Shown in pieces: positions 49,391-60,580 of a DNA stretch of 64,000 bases. The translations under genes and the position numbers were made by a program. The notes below the pieces were generated by a model, which was not told the DNA's origin, did no database searches, and worked only from the letters and a program-made list of their open reading frames with translations. The DNA is from Felis catus (lineage: Eukaryota), in the NCBI RefSeq assembly GCF_018350175.1, contig NC_058370.1, positions 115,506,001 to 115,570,000 of the forward strand, written 5' to 3'. Positions within the stretch are counted from its first letter, which is position 1; every line of letters starts with the position of its first letter.

Positions 49391-49673
49391 GGAGTGCCTG
49401 GGTGGCTCAGTCTGTTGAATGTCCAACTCTTGATTTCGACTCAGGTCGTGATCTCTCAGTTTGTGGGATCAAGTCCTGCATCAGGCTTTGCACTGACAGC
49501 ACAGAGCCTGCTTGGGATTCTCCCTCTCCTTCTCTCTGTGCCCCTCCCCTTCTCTCTTTCTCTCTCTCAAAATACACTTGATCTTAGCCAAAAGGCCGAG
49601 AAGCAATCTCTCTCTCAAAATAAAGAAATAAACTTAAAAAAATTTTTAAATTAAAAACGAATAAATTTTAAAG
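49391..49673 (+). mobile_element. Can-SINE carrying an internal U2 insertion
   Basis: SINEC body. TSD aaagactccttac/aaagactctttac. Confidence 0.94.
49573..49607 (-). pseudogene. RNU2: 3'-truncated U2 snRNA retropseudogene (nt 1-35)
   Basis: Minus strand ATTGCTTCTCGGCCTTTTGGCTAAGATCAAGTGTA equals U2 nt 1-35 with one C>T. Perfect 15-bp TSD ctctctctcaaaata. Confidence 0.95.
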
Positions 49674-51443
49674 AAAGACTCTTTACCCATGAGTTCCCAT
49701 AAGGCCTAGGAGATTTATACAAATTCGCTCTCCCTCCACTTCCCAGCTCTCACCATATGCCAGAGTCCTAGGGCAGGTTGGCAGATCAGGCGTGACTTTG
49801 ACCCAAGGCCACATGTCTAACGAGGAGCAGCTTCATGATCCAGACAGCATTCTTGTTCCTTTCCTTAATGTCTCCCAGCCGGGCTAATAAAAGCTCTACC
49901 CAAAGAACAGCCTCATGTGTATGTGTCCTGAACTAACTCACCCAGCACAACAGCTGTTGGGTCAGAGGAGGCCTGTATTCTACATAGGTTTCTTATTTCA
50001 AGCCAAGAATGTTCTAGATCTTGATTAGCTGCTATTGTTATCAACTGCATACTTCTGCACAACCCCTCAGGTGGAATGATTAACCACATGGAGCATTAGG
50101 AGCATGGAGGGAGACCAGGTGTTTTTCAGAATGATTCTTCCTACCTTCAGAGAGGCGAGTGACACTAAGGTCGTGCTCCATGTAGAGCTGGGAATGACCC
50201 AGATTCTGGGAGGGTCAGCACACTGCCCATGACTATCGTGTAAGGCAAAGGAGTCATGGACATCATCAGCCACACCTCCCCACCTTCTTGCCAGTTACAT
50301 ATTCTTTGCCAGGTGCCCTTTTTCAGGTCTGGTGCTGCACTACAATTCCACTGAACCAGGACCATAGATTAAAAGTGCTGCAGGCCTGGGCTGGAACTTT
50401 TCTCTGGAATGATACCAAGGGTTGATTGTCAAACAACTTGGGGCCTCAAATAAAAGGAGCTGTTCCTCATTTCTTTTCATGAAGAGCCAACATTCGCTTT
50501 CTGGGAGCACTCAGAGTTTGAGCCTGGTTGACCATATGGTATAATGGGCTCCATAATTTTGTTTCCTCATCATGGAAAGGAGCCTTTTCTTTTCTCTTCC
50601 TCTTACTTTTCAGGCTCTACTGGGGAACAAGTTTACATCTGTCCTATCCAACCATACTTTTCATGATTTTTTGTGTACTTTAACCATCTGCCCCCTCGTC
50701 CTTCATCTTCTCATCACTAAGGCCCTGACTTCTTGAGTTCAGAAGGTACCAACCAGAAATGCTAAGTGTTCACTGCCAGCCTCCCTAACGGGGCATACTG
50801 AGCTCAAAGTGGCTAAGTTAGGAATCGCCTCTATGACATGATATGATGGAGGCTTGCCTGTTATCGAGGCCTAACTGCTTCTTCCTGGGTTCCTGGAAGT
50901 CCTCCAGCTCCAAGGAGACATTGGCTGCTGTCTTCTGGCTCTGTGCCTCATCCATTCCTGGAGGATTATGACAGAGCCTGGGGCCCCACATTCATGCCAG
51001 CCTGACCTGGAGGAAGCAGGATGTGCTATAGGCTGTGACTTTGGGGAATCCATGTAAGCCCAGTTGGCACTTCAGGAGCTCAACTTCCATCTTCTGGCCT
51101 CCCTTCAACCCTGGCTTAGGGGAATTCTTTTCTGTGCCGCTCCAGGGGCTTTTGCATTGGGCACCTACCTGGAGGTCTGGGCTTCAGCACAGGGGCTTTC
51201 TCCTCTTCCATGGAGTCAGGACCATGTGGGCTCGAGGCCCTGGGGCTTTGGCTACCAAGGCGCCAGGATCTCTTTGTATTTGGGTCATTATGAAACCAAA
51301 GTTTCTTCCAGAGGTGGGTTCCATGTCACAATGTAAAATAGTAATCAGAACTCGCACCCTTGGGTTTCCCATGTGGCTGTGTTTAGTAAGGCACCTTAAC
51401 TCTGTCTGTGAGCCTCCTGCCAACCCTTTAAAGTGCTATGCAT

Positions 51444-51601
51444 GGAGACCTGTGTGTCTCTCAGTTCGTTAAGGGTCTGACTTCGGCTCAGGTCATGATT
51501 TCGTGGTTCGTGGGTTAGAGCCCCACCTTGGTCTCTGTACTGACAGCTCAGAGCCTGGAGCCTGCTTCCATTTCTGTGTCTCCTTCTCTCTCCACCCTTC
51601 C

Positions 51602-51639
<38 letters not shown>

Positions 51640-51673
51640 AATGAATAAGCTTTAAGATAAACAAATAAAATAA
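51444..51673 (+). mobile_element. Can-SINE
   Basis: SINEC body with long (CT)n and an A-rich tail. Confidence 0.92.
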
Positions 51674-51927
51674 AGTGACAATCATGCCTTTGCAGACTTG
51701 CTCTTTCCTCCCTCTGAATCGTGTCTCCACTCCTTTAACTCTGCCTCCTCCACGCCACTCCACCACCTGGAAAATACCTCCCCACCTTTTAAGACACAAC
51801 TGGAAACTGTCACCACATCTTCTGCCTCTGGAACAACTGCAAGCATGGGCTGTGGCCACCCCCTCTGTGACCCTGCAAGGCTCTGTGCCCACCCTCTCCA
51901 CAAGCTTTTACCACGGATGGATCGATC

Positions 51928-52378
51928 TGTGGGGCAGCTGGGCGCCAAAGATGACCTTGAACAATTCTGCCTCTTCCTGCACACACCTTCCCCTGCCCCC
52001 ACCAAGAATCAGGGCCCATTTCCTCTCTCCTTGAATTGTGGTGAGGCCTGTGGCTGCTTTGAGGAAATGATCCATTCCAGGACGGCACCTCCTGCTTCTT
52101 CCATCTTGGAACCCTCGCTATTGGGGTGCTCCTTGGAATCCAGCCACCATGCCTTGAAAAGCCCAAACTGCATAGCAGGCCCCATCTCTGTTCCACTCTC
52201 TGCTGCTGGCCATGTAAGTAAGTCATCTCAGACATCCTGGCCGGCCTGGCCCCCAGGGGACTGAAGCCCCAGCCAACACCACGTGGAGCAGAGGAACGAC
52301 CGGGCTGAGATAATAAAATGATTGTTCACAGCCATTAAATTTTGGGTGGTTTGTTATGAGCCATGGATAAGTGAAACA
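51928..52378 (+). mobile_element. MaLR solo LTR (MLT1F/G/H-like)
   Basis: ggaatccagccaccatgcc...aataaaatgattgtt...agccattaaattttgggtggtttgttatg...gataagtgaaaca. Confidence 0.8.
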
Positions 52379-52555
52379 AAAGATCTGTATTGTCTATGAG
52401 ACTATAAACCCATTGAGGACAGAAGTTGGGGTCTTGGTCATATGTGTGTGTCTAGTACCTAGAACAGTGGTTTGGCTGAGTGGTTAGAAGCTCAGAATCT
52501 GTTTTTGAGGGGCCTGGGGTTGAACCCCTTCTCTACCCTTTACCGGTTATGTGGC

Positions 52556-53135
52556 TGTATCAGTCAGGCAACAGAGTCAGGGACAAAGAGATTTATTACA
52601 GGAATTGGGCCTTAAACAGATAAGAGCTGTAGAGATGGTGGTCTGGAAGGAGAGTCAGAGGATCAGAGTCACTAGCCAGGCTGCCTGATGGGACAAGTTG
52701 GAACTTACCAGGAAATCCGAGATGCCAAACCCACCCAGCCCTATGGTGGATGAAAAGGGGACACATGTGGAGAGGTCTAGCCACCACCTCTGCGGGCCCA
52801 CTGTCAACCTTCTGGTTGAGAGCACAGGACCTCTGTTGGTCAGGAGGATCAGAAGTCAGAGTGACAAGCCTGTGACAAGCCTGATAAGAAGCAGAGGAGA
52901 ACAAGGGCAAGGTGGGACCTGCTAGATACCTTTGAATCTGTCAGACACCAAGATGCATTGTGACAGCCTTCAGAGAGCAATGGCCACTGCTCCCCTTCCA
53001 CCTTCCAGAGCTCATACAAGTTGTTTTTTTTGGTCAACTCTATGCAGCTCCTATAATCTAGATCCATATAGGGAAAGGAATTCTGGGAAGTGTAGCACCC
53101 AGCTTAACCTAACTGACACAGCACAGTCCCGCACA
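52556..53135 (-). mobile_element. Old MaLR/ERVL LTR inserted in a MIR
   Basis: tgtatcagtcagg...gagatttattacaggaatt...agggaaaggaattctgggaagtgtag...cttaacctaactgacaca. MIR halves flank it. Confidence 0.65.
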
Positions 53136-54421
53136 ATTACCTTTACTTTAGCAAATCACTTTCCTCAGAGCCTCTGTTCCTTGTCAGTAGAATAGGGAAA
53201 TTAACACTTACAAAATTCAGATTGATGGAAAGGTTAACTGAGAAATCCATGCATAGTTTGGCATATGCTAAATTCTCAATACATGCTAGCTATGTTGCTT
53301 GAGGTAGAAGAGCCCATTCATGCTTATGCTTGTTGGATAAATGAATCGGAACTCTTTGGGGAGGCATAAAGGGGGCAGGAAATACATTATGCCCCAGAAC
53401 TTCAAGGCCAAGCAGGAGCAATATGGACCTGTCATGGGAAGCTTCACTTCTATCTTTAGTGACTCAAGGAAGGAGAAGAGGGAAGAAACCAGCATTGACG
53501 TGGCTTTGTGGGACCCCAGGGCTTCCCTGCAGGCTTTGCTTCATAATGGGAAGTTTTGCAAATGTGGAATATATCTTCCTCTTTAATTCTCCAAGTCTGC
53601 CGAGAATTTCATAGATACTAGCTATGGTGTGTTATCCCCAGGGTATCTACCAACAGTGGACGAGGCAGAGAACAGCTGTGAGTGTGAAGGTGAGGGCAGG
53701 GGCTGTGCTTTTGGGTCTGTTCAGAGCTGATGTTTGGCACATAGCAGAGCGTCGCTTGGGTGGCTGGGAGAATGGGTGGAGTCACCAGACCAGAGGATAT
53801 CTAAGGGAGAGATCTCAGAGCAGGTTTGGCAGAGTATGAGGGGAAGCGAGATGCTGGCATTCCTCTTTATGTGGACAAGAAATGCCTTTGCCCAGTGGCT
53901 TCCCCTGAATTGACAAGCTGCTCACCACAGTTCCACTGTTAACCCCTAGAGCCCATTCTTCACACAGAGCTAAAGTGATCTCTTTATTGAAAACATAAAC
54001 CAGACCATGAGACTCCTGAGCCAACTCTCCAATGCATATACAATATGCCATGTACATCCTGTGCTGTAGCTTACAGGATCCCGTGTGAAGTGGCCTTACC
54101 ACCCATCCCTTCCTACTACTCTGCACCTCAGTTTCTGTGCTGAACTGCTCTCCCCCTAATCCCCCCATCCACACCCCAGCCCAGAGTGAGTAAGCAGACC
54201 TGAGCTGCTGACTGGATCATGTCTGCCCCCTCGATCTGTTCTTTTTTTCTGGCTTTATTGGAATATTATTAACATATAACGTATGTAAGCTTAAGGTGTG
54301 CAACATGATGACTAGATACACATATATATCGTGGAATGATTGCCACAGTAAGGCTAGTTAACACCTCTATCCCTTTACATAATGGATCTTGTGTGTATAT
54401 ATATTTAAAATCTACTCTCTT

Positions 54422-54610
54422 GTGGCACCTGGGTGGTTCAGTCAGTTGAGCGTCTGACTCCTGATTTTGGCTCTGGTTGTGATCTTGTGGTCGTGGGATC
54501 AAGCCCCATGTCAGGCTCGCGCTCTCTCTCTCTCTCTCTGCCCTTCTCCTGCTCGTGCATGTGCTCTCTCTCTCTCTCCATAAAACAATAACAATTAAAA
54601 AAAATAAAAT
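54422..54610 (+). mobile_element. Can-SINE
   Basis: gtggcacctgggtggttcagtcagttgagcg head, (CT)n, A tail. Confidence 0.92.
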
Positions 54611-54623
54611 GAAATCTCTCAAC

Positions 54624-54803
54624 TTTTTTTTAAGTTTATTTATTTTGAGAGAGGGGGACAGAGAAAGAGGGAGAGAGAGAGAGAATCCCAAGAAGGCTCT
54701 GTACTGTCAGCACAGACTGATGTGGAACTCAAACCCACGAACCATGAGATCGTGACTTGAGCCAAAGTCGGATGCTTAACCGACTGAGCCACCCAGGTGC
54801 CCC
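54624..54803 (-). mobile_element. Can-SINE (tail-to-tail with the previous copy)
   Basis: Reverse SINEC. TSD caactttt. Confidence 0.93.
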
Positions 54804-56023
54804 ACAACTTTTCAGTATATAATACAGTATTGTTAATTATAGTCACCACGCTGCACATTAGATTCCCAGAATTTATTTATCTTATAGCTAGGAGTTTGTA
54901 CCCTTTGAATCAACATCTCCCTATTTCCCCCACCTCCAGCTTCTGGCATCTACTATTCTGGTCNNNNNNNNNNNNNNNNNNNNNNNNNNNNNNNNNNNNN
55001 NNNNNNNNNNNNNNNNNNNNNNNNNNNNNNNNNNNNNNNNNNNNNNNNNNNNNNNNNNNNNNNNNNNNNNNNNNNNNNNNNNNNNNNNNNNNNNNNNNNN
55101 NNNNNNNNNNNNNNNNNNNNNNNNNNNNNNNNNNNNNNNNNNNNNNNNNNNNNNNNNNNNNNNNNNNNNNNNNNNCATGTTACCATCTCTGGACTATTGG
55201 GAATAATACTGTAGTGCAGAGTGGAAACTATCCATCTCCATGGGAGTGCAAATATCTATTTGAAATAGTGTTTTTATTTCCTTTGGATACACATCTGGAA
55301 GAGAGAATGCAAATTCAAATGGTGATTCTATTTTAAGTGTTTTGAAGGTCCCCTCAGACTGTGTTACATAGTGGCTGCACCAACTGACATTCGCAGGGAG
55401 GCTTCCCTGGCTTCCACATCCTCACCAATGCTTGTTATCTCTTGTCGTCTTGGTGACCAGCCATTCTGACAGGTGTGAGGTGGACTCTCATTTGTGGTTT
55501 TGATTTGCATTTCCCTAATGATGAGTGATGTTGAGCCTCTTTTCATTTCCTGTGGGCCTTCTGTATGCCTTCTGTGGGAAAATGTCTATTCAGGTCCTCT
55601 GCCCATTTTTAGATTGGTGGGGGTTTTATTTTGTTTTGCTGCTTGAGTTACAGGAGTTCCTTGTATATTTTGGATATTAACCCCCTGTCAGAGAGATCGT
55701 TTATAACAATTTCTCCCATTTGGGGGAGGTTGCCTTTTTATTTTGCTGATTTTCTTTTGCAGAAACCCCTCGATCTTTTCCAACCCCCTCCTTCTGAGCA
55801 AAGGGACCTGACTTTGGGGATGTCCAGTTCTCCACTATTCTCTGACTAGGTTTGACCAAACTCCCACTCAATTCCTCCCAGCATCTAGAAGTTCTTAAAG
55901 GGGCTCACCCAGCTCAACCTCTGTCATGATGTAGTGAGTATTTGAGCCCTAGAGGGGGAAAGTGAATCGGCCAAGGTCAGGGAGAGGCAAGGCTGCAGCT
56001 CTCTCTGGCTGCCACCTGGAGGG

Positions 56024-56042
56024 CAGTGCCCCCTGCTGCCCC
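56024..56042 (-). promoter_or_regulatory. Possible CTCF motif
   Basis: Minus strand GGGGCAGCAGGGGGCACTG (one core mismatch). Confidence 0.35.
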
Positions 56043-56739
56043 CTGGGCTTTGGGGCCTGAGCTGCAGGATCTTGGAGAATGGCTCCTCATCATTCCTCTG
56101 GCCCCCTGACAGGCTTTGACCCCGCAAGGGTTGCAGTCTAACCTCTGCATGCCCTGGTCGCTACCCAACTCCCTCCTGGCTGAACCTGAGCCCCTGCAGA
56201 TACCTGGGGCCTCTGGAAGCATCTCGAGTCAGCCCCAAGGAAGATGGTCTTATTGTTCTAGGAGCAAGAGGGGAGCAGGAAGGAAGCTGAGGAGGATGAT
56301 AGAGAGGGGAGGGCATCTAAGCTCACTGTGAGGAGGGAGAGAAAGATGGTTCCAGAGGGAGCATTTCAAGGGAAGAGAGGGTGCTGGGGTAGAGGGTGAA
56401 GAAGGGGGATGTGGCAACAGAATGGAAGCTTGCAGGTAGCATCACTGTTTGTAGCCAACTAGTCCAGAAAGCAGGGGCTGAAAGCAGAGGCCCGGAGCCA
56501 AATCTGCCAAGCCTTCCAACCTCGGCTAGTAACTCAGGAACCTTGGCCAAGTCACTTAACCCCTCTGAACTGAGTTTCCACACCTGTAAAGTAAGCACAA
56601 CAATGGTACCTATCTGCAGTAGACCATTATTTGGTGGACCATGCTCCTACCCTGGTGAAACCCCCTTCCACGCTGACTCTTGGGGTGATTCTGTGAGGAG
56701 CTTTGTCCAAAGGGTCTTCCATAAGGGTGATGCAAATGG

Positions 56740-57000
56740 AGGTTTGCTGAGCTCTTGCACACTGGAACTTCTCCTCTTGGAACATTTCTCCTTAGAGGCC
56801 ACCCACCATGCTGTGAGAGAGCACAGGCAGGCTTACAGACAGGCCCACATGGAGGAGAGTCAAGACCCTGGCCAACAACCCCACTGAGCTCCCAGCCAGT
56901 AGCCAGCACTACCTGCCAGTCATGTGACTGAGGCCATTGTAGACCTTCCAGTGGTTCCAGAGCCCCAGTGAACACCAGGCAAGATAGAAGAAATGCACAC
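56740..57000 (+). mobile_element. MaLR LTR fragment (MLT1F/G-like)
   Basis: cacccaccatgctgtgag...aggcccacatggagg...ccactgagctcccagccagtagccagcac...tgccagtcatgtgactgaggcc. Confidence 0.7.
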
Positions 57001-58229
57001 ACCATCTCATGCAGGTATGGCGAGGACAGCAAGTGTGAGGCAAGCGCTCCATCAATGCAGCTGTTATTTGTACTGTGGCCTATGATAATCATAGCAAGCC
57101 ATGAAATGTTAACCCTTGCTGCTCTCCACACACATGTACTTATAAGTAACAGGCATAATAGTTTGCAGTTTGCAAAACACTTCCTCAGATTTGATCCACA
57201 TTATGACAGCATGAGCCCCAACGGGATTAAGGGCCATGCCCAAGGTGACTCGGCTCCTAAATGGCTGAGCGGGGGCAGAAACTCGGTCTCCATATTCTGA
57301 ATCCAGTGCCATTTGACACAAGAACTTCCTCACAGGCAGCAACAACAGGTCTTGGAAAGAAATGCAACAGTGTAGAGACTTAGCGGTTCCCTAGAAAAAG
57401 TGGACTCAGGGACAACTTCCTAACCATGTGGTCTTAAGCAAAATACTTAAAGCAAGCTTGGGGGCCACATCTGGGAGATGGAGGTAATGCCCATGGCCTG
57501 GCTTCCTTCCATTAAGGAATGCCATGAGATTCAAATAGAAGAATGGGTGAGAAGGGGTAATGGGTTTTCAGCAGTTTCTGTAAAATTCTTGGACAGGTTC
57601 TGGCCTCTTCTCATCCCCATGGTGGTCATGCATCTCTCGCAGGACAGTTTGGGGTGCCCAGAAGGCCTATATGCCCTGCCCTCTGAGCGGTTGGAGTCTG
57701 GGAACATCTGACCGCTGCCAGGGGCTGAGCAAGAGTGCTGTTGGCCTGAGTCACTGAGCAGGGCTGGCTCTGGCCCTGGGCCCTGAGCAGGAGGGTAGAA
57801 GCTACCCTCGTGGGTAGAAGCTGTCCTTTGTTCTACCTAACAACACCCCATTTGGACATCTGCAGGCCCCACTCAAGGCTACCACCCCTTGACCTTCTTT
57901 TCATCCAGCCAAGAAAGATGACGCACCAGCCCAGCCTCTCCCACCCTTGATATTTTCCTTCCCCGTCTCAATAGGAAGATTGTGGGGATGTTTCCTGCAA
58001 AGTGAATGGGGAGCACATGGCTCAGTTGAATGACATTCTCCCACCGCAGAAAGCTGATGACATCTGAGACCTCAGCATGTTTGAGTAAAGACCGGAAGGG
58101 AATGAAAAAACAAGCCATGTAGCTATCTGGGGAAAGAGCTAGCCTGGCGAAAGAAACCACACGGGCATGGAATCTTGAGGCAGGAGTGTAGGTACTTCCT
58201 CTGGCTCCCCCAAATCTTACCATCTCACA

Positions 58230-59060
58230 TAACCAGAGCACAGTCATCAAACCCAGTAAATGGACATGGGTGGGATGATATTAACTGAGTCATGGAGCAT
58301 ATTCACATTTTGTCAGGATCTCATCCATGACCTGCCCTCGCGTTCAGTTGTCTTGTCTCCTTAGTCTCTCCACTTCCCCAATCTGCTATACCTTCAGTCT
58401 TTGTCTTCCCTCACCTCAGTGCTGCCCAGTTAGCTTGTAAAATGTCTCTCAACTGTCTGAGGTCTGCTCATGATTAGATTAAGGTTGTGCATTTGGGACA
58501 AAAATGATGCTGTGCCCTTCGCAGGAGCTGTCTGATGTCAGTATGACTTAGGCCTTGTGATGGTGATCTGGATCACCTGGTTAAGGTGCATTTTCTGGAC
58601 TTCTCTGCTACAAAGTCACTATTTTTCCCTGTGTCATTACTGTCTTGTGGGGAGATCCCGTGAGGCTCTCTAGATTTCCTGTTTCTCATCACGTACTTTT
58701 TGCTCACTAAATGTAGCATTCATCTGTCATTCTTGCCTGCACCGATTATTACAGAGGTGTTTGCCAAGTGGTGATTTGCCCTTCCCATCATTTCTTCCAC
58801 ATTTACTAATTGGAATGCTACTGTAAGGGAGCAATGCCTTCTCTCCCATTTGTGTATGTATTCAATTACTTATTTGTATCAGGATGAACTTGTGACTCTA
58901 ACTCTACTCAGTGGGTTATCACCCATTTCTATGCGTTTCTTTGTTGCTCGAACTGCTCCAGCTTTGACGTTTGGGTGTTCTGTAGCCTTGGTTCCTGAGT
59001 GTTTGTATCTGCCACGTGGAAGCTTCTATATCTGGACCCCCAAGGTAGCCATCCTGGTAT
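58230..59060 (-). mobile_element. Old L1MC-like 3'UTR
   Basis: ctcatgattagattaaggttgtgcatttggg...gatcacctggttaaggtg...aaagtcactatttttccc...ttcttccacatttactaattggaat. Confidence 0.75.
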
Positions 59061-59345
59061 AATTGATGTGGAGTGGGACCTGGCTTTCTGACTTTTAGCT
59101 GCTCCCCAGGCCGTTCTGTGCCGCCTGGGTTGAGATCCACTGATGGAGTGCAAGGCCTCATTCACAGATGAGGAAGCCAAGGCTCAGAGAGGGGAAAGCA
59201 TTTGCTCAGAGTTGAGCCGTTGAGTCAGGGGGCACCTGGGACCAGGGCCTTCTCTCTGGATTTCCAGGCCCGTGTCTCCCCACTCCTCCCTGGCTGCCAA
59301 ATCCCATGCCAGAGCAAACAGACATTCTGGACAGTGGTGTGTAAG

Positions 59346-59549
59346 ATTTTTTTGTTTTTTATTTTTGAGACAGAGCTAGAGCATGAGTGGGGGAGGGGCG
59401 GAGAGAGGGGGAGACACAGAATCCAAAACAGGCTCCAGGCTCTGAGCTGTCAGCACAGAGCCGGACGGTAGGGCTCAAACCCATGAACCGCGAGATCATG
59501 ACCTGAGCTGAAGTTAGACACTTAACCGACTGAGCCACACAGGCACCCC
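59346..59549 (-). mobile_element. Can-SINE (left copy of the cassette)
   Basis: Reverse SINEC with the private variant ccggacggt. Confidence 0.93.
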
Positions 59550-59650
59550 AATAAGTAAATGTTTAAATACAACAGTGTTTCTTCCAATGGAATGGTAGAT
59601 AGCCATTTAAAAGTTCACATTTCTAAATTAGGTAGAGACATAAAAAAGCT

Positions 59651-59868
59651 TTTTTTTTTTTTTTTCAACATTTATTTATTTTTGGGACAGAGAGAGACAG
59701 AGCATGAACGGGGGAGGGGCAGAGAGAGAGGGAGACACAGAATCGGAAACAGGCTCCAGGCTCTGAGCCATCAGCCCAGAGCCCGACGCGGGGCTCGAAC
59801 TCACGGACCGCGAGATCGTGACCTGGCTGAAGTTGGACACTTAACCGACTGCGCCACCCAGGCGCCCC
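59651..59868 (-). mobile_element. Young felid SINEC_Fc-type SINE
   Basis: CpG-intact body. TSD aaaagcttttt on both sides. Confidence 0.96.
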
Positions 59869-59879
59869 AAAAGCTTTTT

Positions 59880-60096
59880 TTTTTTTTTACATTTTTAAAA
59901 TGTTTATTTATTTTTGATATCAAGAGACAGAGCATGAGCAGGGAGGAGCAGAGAGAGAGGGAGACACAGAATCAGAAGCAGGCTCCAGGCTCTGAGCTGT
60001 CAGCACAGAGCCGGACGGTGGGGCTCAAACCCATGAACCGTGAGATCATGACCGGAGCTGAAGTCGGACGCTTAATCGACTGAGCCACCCAGGAGC
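59880..60096 (-). mobile_element. Can-SINE (right copy of the cassette)
   Basis: Reverse SINEC with the same private variant ccggacggt. Confidence 0.93.
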
Positions 60097-60099
60097 CTG

Positions 60100-60580
60100 G
60101 ACAGGGGTGTTTATACCTGGGGACCCCTGCAAGTCATTTTAGAGAGTCCATCAGGTCAAAGCCTGTGTGCCCTGCCCTCTGATCGGGTGCCACCTTGGAA
60201 TAACGCTGAGATGATATTTGCCTTTTTCACTCCCACTCTTGTTCACACACACAAGTGTACAATGTAGTTTTCCAGAGACTATATGACAGGTGATATTCAA
60301 CAGATTGACTCCAGAAGCAGATCTGGAAATTCAGTCTTCTGTTAAGCCAGACGTTAAAGAGATTGGAAAAATAAAACGACACCGTGTTTCTCACTAATTT
60401 CTTTTTTGGAAAATACAGTTATCTGTCATAAGAAATGCATTATTCAGGTTTATTATTTTAATGAATTAATGAACATCTTAAGTATTTGTCCCAGTAAGTG
60501 TTGATAGAGCCCATACCAAGTGCTTGAGACTTCTCAATAGGTTTTAAGAGTGCAAAGAGGTCTCAGTACCAAAATGGTGT
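60100..60580. mobile_element. hAT-Charlie DNA transposon (Charlie1-like non-autonomous)
   Basis: ggggacccctg...tatttgcctttttcactc...gttttccagagactatatgac...aacagattgactccagaagcagat...ttaagccagacgttaaagagat. Confidence 0.8.

Larger units (their letters stand above)
48192..51440 (-). mobile_element. Possible very old LTR retroelement (3' LTR plus degraded internal region)
   Basis: LTR-like end (minus: aataagaaatagtggtctccagtgcctatcaagcctttcccttggtccccacaac), possible PPT/TG junction near 49246, faint integrase-like GWQEAH..ALLN near 51400. Confidence 0.3.
54240..55760 (-). mobile_element. LINE-1 (L1MA9/L1_Carn-like) 3' portion with two SINE inserts and an N-gap
   Basis: Minus peptide MKRGSTSLIIREMQIKTT; L1MA9-type 3'UTR. 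Confidence 0.9.

Noticed and set aside
59559-60083. 174-aa ORF and similar SINE-derived ORFs
   Set aside because: Antisense read-through of Can-SINEs. The same peptides recur at every SINE copy.
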